A stretch of 56,360 nucleotides of DNA, the filler included, from Dugesia japonica (Eukaryota): the NCBI GenBank assembly GCA_001938525.1. It is 4 parts of 4 records of this genome, joined end to end, with 100 filler letters (N's around TTAATTAATTAA, not from the genome) between each part and the next. Parts side by side here need not be neighbours in the genome. Positions count along the whole stretch, not along the records: positions 23,110 to 34,562 come from MQRL01305080.1; positions 34,663 to 56,360 come from MQRL01641341.1; 2 more parts are not named here. One strand, given 5' to 3'. The translations under genes and the position numbers were made by a program. The notes beneath the pieces were generated by a model. The model searched no databases. It worked only from the letters and a program-made list of their open reading frames with translations, and was not told where the DNA came from. Positions 25,171 to 36,569 of the stretch are shown here, one piece after another (the stretch's first letter is position 1; the number at the start of each line of letters is the position of its first letter).

Positions 25171-26909
25171 CTCATAATTTAAATAATAAAATCATTTTCT
25201 TTCTTTGGACAGAGTTGACATTTTAAACAAAAAATAATTTTTAAACAAAAATAGCTAGTTATAGCAACATTTAAATGACTTGATGAAATTTGATATATTG
25301 AAAAAAAATTAATAAATCCACTTTTATGGTTTGGAGGTAATATATATATATATATATACTTCGGAATCATAGTCGGATCTTTGAAGTTAATAACTCTTTT
25401 CAATCATATTTAAATAATCTGCCTTTTCTATGTTTATTTTTGCATTGATTGCTTATTTTCTTACTGCCATCTTCCTATTTTTAGGTTTTTAAGTCACATT
25501 AAAACGTCTTCGTTCATTCATGTCTAAGAACAGTTGATTGAATTGACGAAATTCTATTCTTACTGCTTTAGGTTGAGTTTCTTTGTAATTTCACTATTTC
25601 ATTTTAAATTAATTTCAAATAAACTAATCAACAGTTACCCTATAGATGGTATATATCAAAAAGGTCACGAAGTATCTACATTTCACACTGATTACATGAG
25701 TTGTATTTGTTTTCTTTTGGAATAATTTGCTTCTTTTACTTGATCATCTTGAAGTAAAAATTGGGCTTTTTATAATATTATCCATGTCATTGTTCGTATC
25801 CCTACCATTTTCTAACATTTCTAAATAGAAATTTATGGTTGTTTTCTAGCAAAACGATTTTGATGTATTCGGATACATAAAAGTTTTGTCTTGGTTTTAT
25901 AATATAAAATTCAATTATAATGCTAATTAGAAAATTTCAATGGATGAGATTAACGTGGTTTATGAAGGGATTTATTATATATACAGGGTTAGCTAAAATT
26001 AATCTGACACTAAAATTATACTTCCATAAATATTTATTATTTATTTTATTTTATTTATTAATCAAATATGATTATTTATTGATTGAACGATCTAGTTTGT
26101 TAAAATAATCTTTTGTTTTAATTGAAGATTTTTAATTCAAAAGCATGAAGAAATCCACTCATCAATAAAGAATATTTATTATTGTAAAATAATTCTAATT
26201 CGGTAATGCACAAAAGTATTTGTGGAGAATATATAAACATGAATGGTAAAGATATAAATCTTCGGTTTCTAAGTTCGAACAACTTATTGCAAAGAAGGTA
26301 CTTTATCGTAAGATCTGTAATTATGTGTTGAATCAAATGGGAAAATGTATCACTCAAGTTTAAACAATTAATAATATCAAATTTATTTATATTTAAATAT
26401 TTATCAATCGAAAATTTTTATGATAAATTTTAAAATATTATTTGGATTTTAAATAATTAATTAATTTATTTGAATATTATATTTTGATTATAATATTTCA
26501 TTGCTCTTTGCGTTTTATAACTTTGTCTAATTATTCAATAATTCATCATAAAATAATTTGTTTTAATAACTATTAATCAATGATAAATGAAATTTGTAAT
26601 TATCAACTTAATCGTTATTTATAATATTATTAAATAATTATACTAACAAAATAATTCAAAAATACTGCAAATACTTTGCGTAAATATATTAACGGATGTG
26701 TATAAATTTTATTAAAAAGGAATATAAATTTAAATATGGGAAACAATTTTGAAGTTAAAAATAAAATGTCTAAAAATTTTATTGAGAATGTCCATTTAAC
26801 CGTAAAGATTTATCGAATGAATTGATCATAATGAAATTATAAAAGACTATTATATTTCGAATTCCAAATGATGATTATATTCTAATATCTGCATCAATCA
26901 GTCAGTTGA

Positions 26910-28010
26910 AACTTATTATTCATTAAATTCATTAATTATAAATAATAATTTATTGAATTTAATAATTATAAATAATTATTCATTAAACTCATTAACTATA
27001 ATTAATTATTTATTGAATTCAATAATTATAATTAATTATTTATTGAAATCATTAATTATAATTAATTATTCATAAAATTCATTAATTATAAATAATAATT
27101 TATTGAATTTAATGAAATCTCAAATCCGATCAATGGTTAAGTCCAACAATTATTCTCACAATAATTGTAATTATAAAATTAATAATTATAATTAATTATT
27201 TAATAAATTCATTAAATATGATTAATTATTTATTAAATTCAATTATTATAATTAATTTTTTATTGAATTCAATAATTATAATTAATTATTTATTGAATTC
27301 ATTAACTATAATTAATTATTCATTGAATTCATTAAATATGATTAATTATTCATTAAATTCAATAATTATAATTAATTTTTGATTGAATTCAATAATTATA
27401 ATTAATTATTTATTGAATTCATTAAATATGATTAATTATTCATTAAATTCAATAATTATAATTAATTTTTTATTGAATTCAATAATTATAATTAATTATT
27501 TATTGAATTCATTAATTATAATTAATTATTCATTGAATTCATTAAATATGATTAATTATTCATTAAATTCAATAATTATAATTAATTATTTATTGAATTC
27601 AATAATTATAATTAATTATTTAATAAATTCATTAAATATGATTAATTATTTATTAAATTCATTAACTATTATTTATTTTTTATTAAATTCATTAATTATA
27701 ATTTATTATTTAATAAATTCATTAATTATAATTAATTATTTATTGAATTCAATGATTATAACTAATTATTCATTAAATTCATTAACTTTAACTAGTTATT
27801 TATTAAATTCATTAACTATGATTAATTATTTATTAAATTCAATTATTATAATTAATTATTTATTAAATTCAATAGTTACAATTAATTATTTATTGAATAC
27901 ATTAATTATAATTAATTATTCATTAAGTTCATTAATTATAATTAATTATTTAAAGAATTCATTAATTATAATTAATTATTCATTAAATTCATTAATTATA
28001 ATTAATTATT
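26910..28010 (+). repeat. 30-bp AT-rich minisatellite (consensus about AATAATTATAATTAATTATTTATTGAATTC), about 35 copies
   Basis: Clear 30-nt periodicity. It generates the spurious 209-aa ORF at 27383-28012. Confidence 0.95.
27111..27180 (+). mobile_element. Solo PLE family A 3' tail inserted in the minisatellite
   Basis: AATGAAATCTCAAATCCGATCAATGGTTAAGTCCAACAATTATTCTCACAATAATTGTAATTATAAAAT, near-identical to 1746-1815 and 30865-30933. Confidence 0.8.
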
Positions 28011-28187
28011 GATAGAGTTTATTAAATAATATTAAATATATTTTTCTTTTTCTTAAATTACCTACAAAAACATTTGATTTACTGTAAAATAATTTCTTAT
28101 ATATTTATGGGTTATTTTCAACATATTAATGCATAAACCAGTAAAATAAATTAAATTTTGAATCATCTAGATTTACTATTATTAATA

Positions 28188-29277
28188 TTAGGTGTGAAAA
28201 TATGGCTCTGGGTTTTGTAAATATGTTAAAAATTTTGTTTGAATATAATAAGTATTTGTAAAATCAAAAGTCATGAAATAAATAATAACACGTAGCATTT
28301 GTTTAAGTAGAAATTTATGGGGTACATACACCATCAGCTACGAAATTAAAGGATTGTTTTCGACGATGTTTAAATGGTATAGAAAAGAATTCGAAGATAA
28401 AAAAAGTAACAATGTTACTAGATACTCACGAACGTACTAATGCCAAACACAACCTTAATTGGCTTTCACGTTACATGTGACCAACAATGTATTTCATAAC
28501 GCCTGAAAGGTATTAAAAAGTTTCGAAATTAAAGAATCGAGTCTCACGTGTATTGGTAGAAAAAGACGTTGAACGACAAAAACCAATTTGAGCTGTCTTT
28601 CTTGAGAGGCATAAAAGAAAAGGTAGATTGCATCAAATTATTACCGAAGACAAACTATGGATTCATTACAAAAATTCAAAACGCAAAGCAGCTTGGGTGA
28701 AGCCAGATGAACCCGGTATATCAACAACGAAACCGAATTTAAATGGTTTGAAAGTTATGCTGTATCAGAAAGACGTAATCCATTATGAAATGCTAAAACC
28801 AAAGGTAATTATAGATGGTGACAGGTATCGATCTAAATGAATTCGTTTTAATTGAGCTCTAGCCGTAAAAAGACTAGAACTAGAAAATAGACATACAAAT
28901 ATAAATTTTTAATACAACACTAAACCAAAAAATTCATTCAGTTGTAAAGAATTACAAAGAAAGAGTAAACTCATAAATCTTTCATCACCCACAGAATTCA
29001 CCAAACAATGCTCCTTTGGATTATCATTTGTTTTGCTTAAGAAAATTAACACTTTCTAGAAACTATTTCAGATTCAGATAGTTAAGTAGTTAGTTGGATT
29101 GCTTCAAAAAGTCAGAATTCTGCTTTCGTGGAATTCATTCGTTGCCTGAAAGATAGATGATGGTAGTAGCTTTAAATGGAATCTATTTTTGAACAAATCT
29201 TTTTAAACAAAAACTTCAAAAAAACGTCTTTGTTCATTTTTATTCATAAAAGCATGAGTCATATTTTTACTTATAAT
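28188..29277 (+). mobile_element. Near full-length decayed mariner
   Basis: Imperfect TIRs (TTAGGTGTGAAAATATGGCTC / GAGTCATATTTTTACTTATAA). LHQIITEDKLWIHYKNSKRKAAWVKP, KVML, and HHPQNSPNNAPLDYHLF. Confidence 0.8.
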
Positions 29278-30773
29278 ATTAATAATANATTTAGATCAAA
29301 TTTTATTTTATCGTAAGATCAAAATAAAAATATAAAATTTTTATGTATTAAATAAATTTGATAATTTACATATAGTAAAAATAATTACGTAATACATGTA
29401 AAAAAATGCATTCACATTGAAATGGATAAATTCGCAAAAATACAAATTAATTATAACTACAAAAAAATTAAATCAAATTACTTATATAATGTTTTATATA
29501 TAATAGATTTTATATATTAACTGAATTTAAAGCTTTTGATAAAAGTTCTATTATGAAAAATAAAACAAACAATAAATCCCGACGGATTATAATAAATTAC
29601 GCTTTAATATTTATGAAATAATATATTTTATTCAAACAATGTAGAATAGAAAGAATATTATTTTATTAAATTTTATTTTCCTTTGACACACACACACACA
29701 CAAATATTATTATATTTCAATTGTTAAACAATATAATATATGACTTTTAAATATTATTGATAATATTATTTCTATTGTGTAATAATAAAAACATAAGTGT
29801 CTCAAGTTGGTCATATTCTTTTTCATTTTAAACGAAAACACAATAATATCATTGTTATTGAATTTCTATTCAAAGCCATAAATAGTGATAATAAATAATT
29901 AAAGAGATATTAATAACAATATAGTCTATTATTTTTCGAGATTACAATAAATTTAAATTTTTAAAATTACGTTCTATTTTTTTTGAAAAGAATATTTACA
30001 AACAAACAAAAGAAAACGTATTTGATGAAATATACTTGAATAGAATTGTAATATCTTCAGGTTTCTTTCATAAATACGATAAAATAATTTTAATAATCAT
30101 TGAAATTTCCAATGGAAATATTTGTTTTAAAGTTTTGTTTAAACTTATAATTCACTATCGATTTGTTTCAAATAGAAAAACAAATTACAAAATCAAAAGA
30201 AAGATTTACTTTCACCCACAAATCTAATATTAAACTATTTTTATTATAATATGAAAACCTCAGTTATAAAAACCATGCAAGATTTAATTATATTGATTAT
30301 AGATTATATTAAACTCTATAATTTATCCTAATACATGTATACATGCATACATAATAATTTCAAAATAAATACATTCAAAAACAAACTAATTAATAAAGTA
30401 TTGGTCAATTGTTGTTGGTCGTGTAGCCCATATTTTCTTTTTAAACAATAGTATTACATAAAACAGCATACTTTAATGCTTTAGAAGCTTGTACAAATTA
30501 TGTTGAATCATATTTTGATCTTTGAAGTTAATTAATAATTTATCAACCATATTTAAATAATTTGGTATTTTCTTGTTTTCAATTGCAATTATTGTCTATT
30601 ATCGATTGCATAATGCGGAACTTAAGTATATATACTTTTATTCTTCGTTATAAACAGTTTGCCTGAAGATAACAGATATACTGTCGTGCTAAATAAATAT
30701 GTAATTAAATGGCGTGTTAATTATTTATAAATAGATTGTCATTATTCTTCGTATTATTAAACTGTTTACAAAA

Positions 30774-30932
30774 TAAGATAAGGCTTCGATCAAAACAAAA
30801 CAAAATTTATTTATAAAAAAAGTTCAAATTTTGTTTTGTTTTGATCGAAGCTTTATCTTATTTTAATGAAATCTCAAATCTGATCAATGGTTAAGTCCAA
30901 CAATTATTCTCACAATAATTGTAATTATAAAA
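30774..30932 (+). mobile_element. Miniature fold-back PLE insertion with 11-bp TSD
   Basis: Inverted arms about 30771-30808 and 30827-30864, then the family A tail. TSD TGTTTACAAAA at 30763-30773 and 30933-30943. Confidence 0.75.
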
Positions 30933-31229
30933 TGTTTACAAAAATTTAAATTACACTAATTTTTATGTTTGCAATTTTCTATAAAGATAAATGTCCGTCT
31001 CTACAATGTATGTTGCATCACACCCATTATATTTAAATTAATAAACAAGGTGAGAACACAAACCAAATAAACTTTTACTGTTATATATTTCGACGGATCA
31101 ACTTCCATCTATAGACAAAAATGAAAAACATTAGTTTATTCAATCTATATTTAGAGCCTTATGGTCTGTGCGTAGCCGAAATTTCCTACCGTATAAATAA
31201 TAAATAAAATGTTTACAAAAGTAAAATAT

Positions 31230-32380
31230 CGATAGACGTTCCTTCCGTGTTACACAGTAGCCTCTTTGATGTTTGTTAAATGAGTGTCTGCCGCTGACAT
31301 CTTTAAGCGACAACACTGCTCTTTTAGCGCCAAAACTAGCGTCTGTATCTGAAAGTAAAATATTTTTTAAGGTCCGGAAATCCCAAACCTTTTAAGCGCC
31401 TTTTTTAAATTCTCGAATGTTTCTTCTGCCGTTTGATTCCAGTTTAGTTTCTTTGTAGTCCTTCTACACATCTCTTACAGAATTCTTGCTTTTTCCGCGT
31501 ATCATTCTATGAATTTGTAGTATTAATTGAAAATCCCTAAAATGCTAACTTATTCTGGGATTATTTATCAAGTTCTACCTGGTAATAGGCATTACCCAAA
31601 TCAATGTTGCTAAAGAATCTCGCCTTTCCAAGCTGATCCAAAAGTTCATTCACTCTTGGTATCGGGAATGCTGGTCTCTCGGTCACCACATTAAGTTGTC
31701 CGAAATCCAAACATTGTCTTACCTCCTGTAGTCCTCCAAGCTTGCCATGTCTTCCTGGTCTTCTGCATTTATTTCGTTAATTCTATAATTTCCAACCCGT
31801 ACTCTGTTTCGCTGTCTGTGGTCCTCCCTCTCCAAGTTGTTACTGCTGTTAGGTCTCTGTGTCTGACAATTTACTGCGTAGTGTCCTCTCTTTCCACACT
31901 TTGCACACTTGCTATTTGGACAAAATCTACGAATGTGCCCTGTATGTCTATACGTGAAACGCTTTGGTATCTGTCTGTTCGGGCATTCTCAGCTGATGTG
32001 CCCATCCTGTGACACGACCAACATTCTATCTGGCTGATGTTATTTTTTCTGGTAGTGTTTCTCATAAATGTTCCCCTTTCTGTCCTGTCTCTGGTCGACT
32101 TCCCGTATTTGGTATTCCAATCAGTTTATCTATCAATTGGTCTATCTACCCAAACTTGTCTCATTTTCTTTTAGTAATTCGTTATAGTTTCGTACTGAAT
32201 TTATACGAAAATTACTCCTCTTCTGTATTTCGTCTATCTTTATCATTAGTGTATCGATATCCTCCACTGATGCTAATTCCCGTATTTCCACTTCCTTATT
32301 CATTTCGTCATTGCCACTGCAATGTAACAACATTTTTGCGATAATTTGTTCTTCAGTTAACTTTTGTAACAAAATCGTTT
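31230..32380 (-). mobile_element. Ty3/Gypsy gag-pol relic
   Basis: Gag knuckle IECWSCHRMG; RT RQCLDFGQLN..PAFPIPRVNELLDQLGKARFFSNIDLGNAYYQV; RNase H DTDASFGA..YCVTRKE. Confidence 0.85.
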
Positions 32381-32632
32381 TGCTTTTTTGAAATATTCTT
32401 AAGACATATTTTAAAAGAATATAAATCGTTTGTTATATTTATTTTATTCGAAGTAAACAAAAAACAATAGAACATTTATATTTTTAAGTCCAAAAGAAAA
32501 AACGATGATTTGATATTTGATTTCATTAAATTCCTTGTTAAAAAATAATTTCTAATGCTAAGATTTTAAATTTCATAAATATTTTACATTTATTAAAAGT
32601 ATTTAATAATTTATGATTAAATAAAATTTTAC

Positions 32633-33210
32633 TTTCCCTCAGCCATAACCTCAAATAAACGAATAAAGGAACGTGGTGCAATTCCAGGAGCAGTTTGTAA
32701 GTTTCCAATTAGAGTATGAGTTTTTCCACTTCCTGTTTGACCGTACGCAAATATACAAACATTGAATCCATCAAATGCAGACTGGATTAATCTTGAAGTA
32801 TCTTCAAAAACATCATCCTGTCCGATTTCGGGTGGAAAAACTCTATCAAATTGAAATTCTCTTGCTTTGCCATCTTTTGTTACTCCATGTACAGCAACTG
32901 TATATTTATCAGGAAATGCCACGCATTGTACATTACCACGTTCCAATTCTGCTTTACTTATCGGACGACAACGACTAAAGACACGAATTTTCCCTTTTAT
33001 ATCTTCAATTTGATTATAATATGTTTTTCTTAATACAACTTCCTGTTGTAATTGTAATCCAAGATTTTCTTTTGATTTTTCCAGTTTATTGATTTCGTTT
33101 TTCATATCAGTTAATTTCTTTACTTCAGCCATTACCGACTGTTGTTCTTTGCCTGTTTTTTCCATCTCTTTTTTGAGTTGTACTACTTCCTCATCTATTT
33201 CTTTAGATTT
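32633..33210 (-). CDS. Kinesin-14 (KCBP/kinesin-C-like C-terminal motor), exon with coiled coil, neck and N-terminal part of motor
   Basis: RKTYYNQIEDIKGKIRVFSRCRP neck, FQFDRVF, and NVCIFAYGQTGSGKT P-loop. Acceptor TTTTAG at 33211 (phase 0), donor GTAAAA at 32632. Confidence 0.92.
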
Positions 33211-33380
33211 CTAAAAAAATGTTTTTATTATAAATCATAATTTATTGAACTAACAATAATGAAGAAATTAATTTTTTCATTCATTCCAACTGTAAGCTAA
33301 ATAGAAAATTAATTAATTAAATATTACAAAAAAATATAAATAACAACAATTACAATAATAATATTAATAACAATATTAAT

Positions 33381-33609
33381 GTAATTCATTTAAAATAAAA
33401 GCTTCGATCAAAATTTTGGTTTTTTTATTGATATTTGATAACAATTTGATATTTCGACTTAGTCTTCTTCAGGAATTGACTTGGACTCAGGAAAAAGTCA
33501 ATCAGTAAAAAAACCAAAATTTTGATCGACGTTTTATTTTAAATGAATTCTGTAAAACGATCAATGGTTATGTCCAAAAATTATTCTTACAATAATTGCA
33601 ATTGTAAAG
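33381..33609 (+). mobile_element. Miniature fold-back PLE insertion in a kinesin intron, with hammerhead (33442-33478, minus) and 10-bp TSD
   Basis: Arms about 33383-33432 and 33502-33549. CUGAAGA-A-GAC(UAA)GUC-GAAA-UA-U-C on the minus strand. TSD CAATATTAAT at 33371-33380 and 33610-33619. Confidence 0.75.
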
Positions 33610-33954
33610 CAATATTAATATACTTAAAATAGTAATAAAAAATAAATGATATCATAAAGAATATTATAATATAATATATAATATATAATATATAATATAT
33701 TATAATACAATATATATATAGTTTTATGATTTCACGTCAATGTGCTAGTATAATTAGAATAAAGATAAATCTATACGTCATATCTGATGATGAGTAAAAT
33801 GCCAAAATAGAAAACACAGCGCCACAAATCCTGGTATACGTTATTTACTGTTTAATGAGATTTGGTTTTTTGGTGCCTTATTTTAATGCCAGTTTTATAA
33901 TTTGTGTTATGTTTGTTGTTGACTTCTAAGAAAATAAAACTCAAATAAAGTTAC

Positions 33955-34020
33955 TGATTTTCTCTGGCTTCCGACTTGAAGAGATTTACTCTCCGTTTCA
34001 GAAAGAGATTCGGCTTTAGC
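33955..34020 (-). CDS. Kinesin-14 upstream exon (22 codons)
   Basis: Acceptor TTTACAG at 34021, donor GTAACT at 33954. 66 nt, phase 0/0, AKAESLSETESKSLQVGSQRKS. Confidence 0.6.
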
Positions 34021-34067
34021 CTGTAAATATTCAGTAAACATTATTATAATAAAATATAAATTTAAAC

Positions 34068-34283
34068 AATTTTCTTTTTCTTTGAAGTATCCTTTGAAAC
34101 AACAGGTTTTGGTTTATCTACAGCAAGTTCTACAGCAGGTAATAAAGCTGCTTTTGCCAATGCTTCTTCAAAGTTTATTCCAGCCAATTCCATGATATTA
34201 TACCCGTTAGTAATTGCGGTTTCTAGATCAATCTTTCTTTTACAAACTTTATCTAATTCCTCTTGCTTTTGTGCCATCTTTTT
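34068..34283 (-). CDS. Kinesin-14 upstream exon (coiled-coil stalk)
   Basis: Acceptor ATTTTAG at 34284. 216 nt, KKMAQKQEELDK...KKKKI. Probable donor GTTTAA at 34067 gives a 47-nt intron. Confidence 0.7.
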
Positions 34284-34341
34284 CTAAAATAGAAAATTGT
34301 ATTTCAAAACATAATCTTTTTAAAATTAATTCAAAAACTAC

Positions 34342-34479
34342 CCGCATTATTTTTTCCAATTCAGCTTCACCTTCGACAGCCAGAACCAAAGCGGAAATTT
34401 CCTTTTTATGACTTACTTTTTCCATTTTCATACGGTAAGCTTCATAACTGATTTCATCAAGACGTTTTTTTGATCTTGC
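34342..34479 (-). CDS. Kinesin-14 upstream exon
   Basis: Acceptor CATTTAG at 34480. 138 nt, ARSKKRLDEISYEAYRMKMEK...EKIMR. Donor GTAGTT at 34341 gives a 58-nt intron. Earlier exons lie beyond the contig join at 34563. Confidence 0.65.
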
Positions 34480-34562
34480 CTAAATGAAATATTAAAAATA
34501 TATTTTACATATTTTTTATACTTTTATAAAAGATTTTAAAATAATTTGTAACTTTTCTGTAA

Positions 34563-34662
34563 NNNNNNNNNNNNNNNNNNNNNNNNNNNNNNNNNNNNNN
34601 NNNNNNTTAATTAATTAANNNNNNNNNNNNNNNNNNNNNNNNNNNNNNNNNNNNNNNNNNNN
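34563..34662. other. Artificial scaffolding spacer 44N-TTAATTAATTAA-44N
   Basis: Same as 11066-11165. Confidence 0.95.
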
Positions 34663-36010
34663 TGAGGAAATAATTAATAATTTCACCTTATAGAAATTGA
34701 GTTATATAAATATTAATATTGAAATGCTTGTATTTCAACATTGTTTATATTATGAAACATGGTTTGTAGTAGTAAAATGAATTACCAATTGAAGATCTAC
34801 CTAACATGGTGGCAGCGGTAAATATCAATTCTATTACAAAGATGTTATTGCCGAATGTTTTCTGCAGAGGAGATGATATTGAGAAATTCATCAAGCGTTG
34901 TGAATTGTATTTTGCAGCTAAAAACATCACACGTGTGAAACAACAGAATAGATTAGTCTCTTGTTTGTTAGATGAAGTTTTGTTGAAAAAATATGCAAAG
35001 GCGTTGAAAAAAGATGACGGTTTTCAGGATAGTTCACGTATGGCATTTGAGAAAGAGAAATATGTACAAATATTAGTTCACTTGAAATTGTTGGAAAAGG
35101 TAGAACCAGAGTGATAATTGATGAAGTTTGACAAGAAATTACTTTCTTATTTGCTGAAAGAGAAACACCAAATCTAATAGGAAGATATACAGAGGATATT
35201 TAGATTCCAGCTTAAGCGAAAGGTCAAAAGTAAAACGGCGGAAAAAGTCGAAAATAACATTTGCAATATTGAAGCAAAATTTGGAAGACAAATTTAAAAA
35301 AAAGAGCGATTGACAAGAGACTTAAATATTTTGAAGATTCAAAAAGATCAACTGATCAAGATCAAAAAGGATCATTGAAAATAATTGAAAGTAAATTATA
35401 TGCTTTTATGTCAGATAAATGAAATGTAGGACACACAAATCTCGACAAGACACAAAATAATGAAAGGTGATGAACCAATCAATATAAAACCGTATAGAAA
35501 ACCAATGAACGTAGAATCTAAAATTGATGAAGTTATCCATAATCCTTTCGAGAATAATATTATCCAAAAATGCAAACTCTTTATTAAATATCCCACTGAT
35601 CTAAGTTTGTAAAAAGAAAAGAACAACAAAAATATGTTTTTGATTACAGGCAATTGAATGCTGTAATGAAAAGACAAACCTTTACGATTCCAAATGTCGA
35701 TGAAATGCTGGACAAGTTTGATGGAGCCAAATATTTCAGATCAAACGATTTGGGAAAAGCTCTATCAGATAGAGCTGTAAGAGGAATCTCAAGACAAAAC
35801 GGCGTTTTCAATGAACTTTGGAAATTGTATAGAATATCATTTCGCATCGCAGCCGCACCAAAGACATTTCAAGAGATTATGACAAAAATGGCAGGCAGAA
35901 TCAATGAAATCATGGTTTATCTTAGTGAGATCCTGATATTTACAAATCATAAATATCAACAATATGAAGTAATTGAAAGAGTATTGACGCAAATAGGTAG
36001 ATCTTCAACT
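34663..36010 (+). mobile_element. Ty3/Gypsy 5' half: short LTR (34663-34806), PBS, gag and RT relics
   Basis: TG...CA LTR homologous to 45745-45934; PBS TGGTGGCAGCGGT (tRNA-Leu type); PINIKPYRKP, DYRQLN..FTIPNVDEMLDKF, AAPKTFQ. Confidence 0.85.
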
Positions 36011-36200
36011 GTTGATTCATTTTGAAAATCAGAACTCATATTGTTAGATATTTTTTATTTTAATCTTTGAAAGGTGATTACTACAAACTATATTTAATAC
36101 AAAAAATGATTATAAGATACAATTAACTAAATAATAATATTTAGTTATCTNNNNNNNNNNNNNNNNNNNNNNNNNNNNNNNNNNNNNNNNNNNNNNNNNN

Positions 36201-36545
36201 TATTTCCTCATATCCCCCTTCTTAAGAAACTTTCTAAGTTTTTCCACATTTCTTTCTAAACACTGTCCATTTTCCCTTTTTACTGCATACCACCTTTCAT
36301 GAATTTTCTCAATTATTCAATAAGGTCCCTCAAATCTGTCTTGACTTTTATTTCTTGTTTCTACTTTGAAGAGTTCATAATCGCCCACTTTGAATTCTCT
36401 TTTAGTAATTTCGTCTGTAATGTTTTCTTTAATTATATCTGAAANGTCTGACTCGTACCACTTTTCTCTGCTAATTTTCTTTCCAAAAACGATCTCAACC
36501 GGGCTCTTTCCAGTAGTTTTCTGCTTTGTTGCGTTCATTGTAAAT
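36201..36545 (-). mobile_element. Inverted 3' fragment of the same Gypsy family (integrase C-terminus, PPT, start of LTR)
   Basis: MNATKQKTTGKSPVEIVFG..RFEGPY matches 45444-45713. PPT AAGAAGGGGGATA followed by TGAGGAAATA. Confidence 0.85.
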
Positions 36546-36569
36546 TCATATGTGTCTAAAAATAAAACG

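Noticed and set aside
27383-28012. 209-aa ORF (NSIIIINYLL repeats)
   Set aside because: By-product of a 30-bp AT-rich minisatellite, with no real start context.
30660-30700. CTGAAGAT-AACAG..CTGTC hammerhead-like motif
   Set aside because: The GAAA strand is missing and there is no second copy to support it.
30992-31116. Possible solo LTR (TGT...ACA) next to the Gypsy relic
   Set aside because: No partner LTR, PPT or TSD found.
33784-33825. CTGATGATGAG hammerhead-like core in kinesin intron
   Set aside because: No pairing stem II; at best a heavily decayed pLTR.
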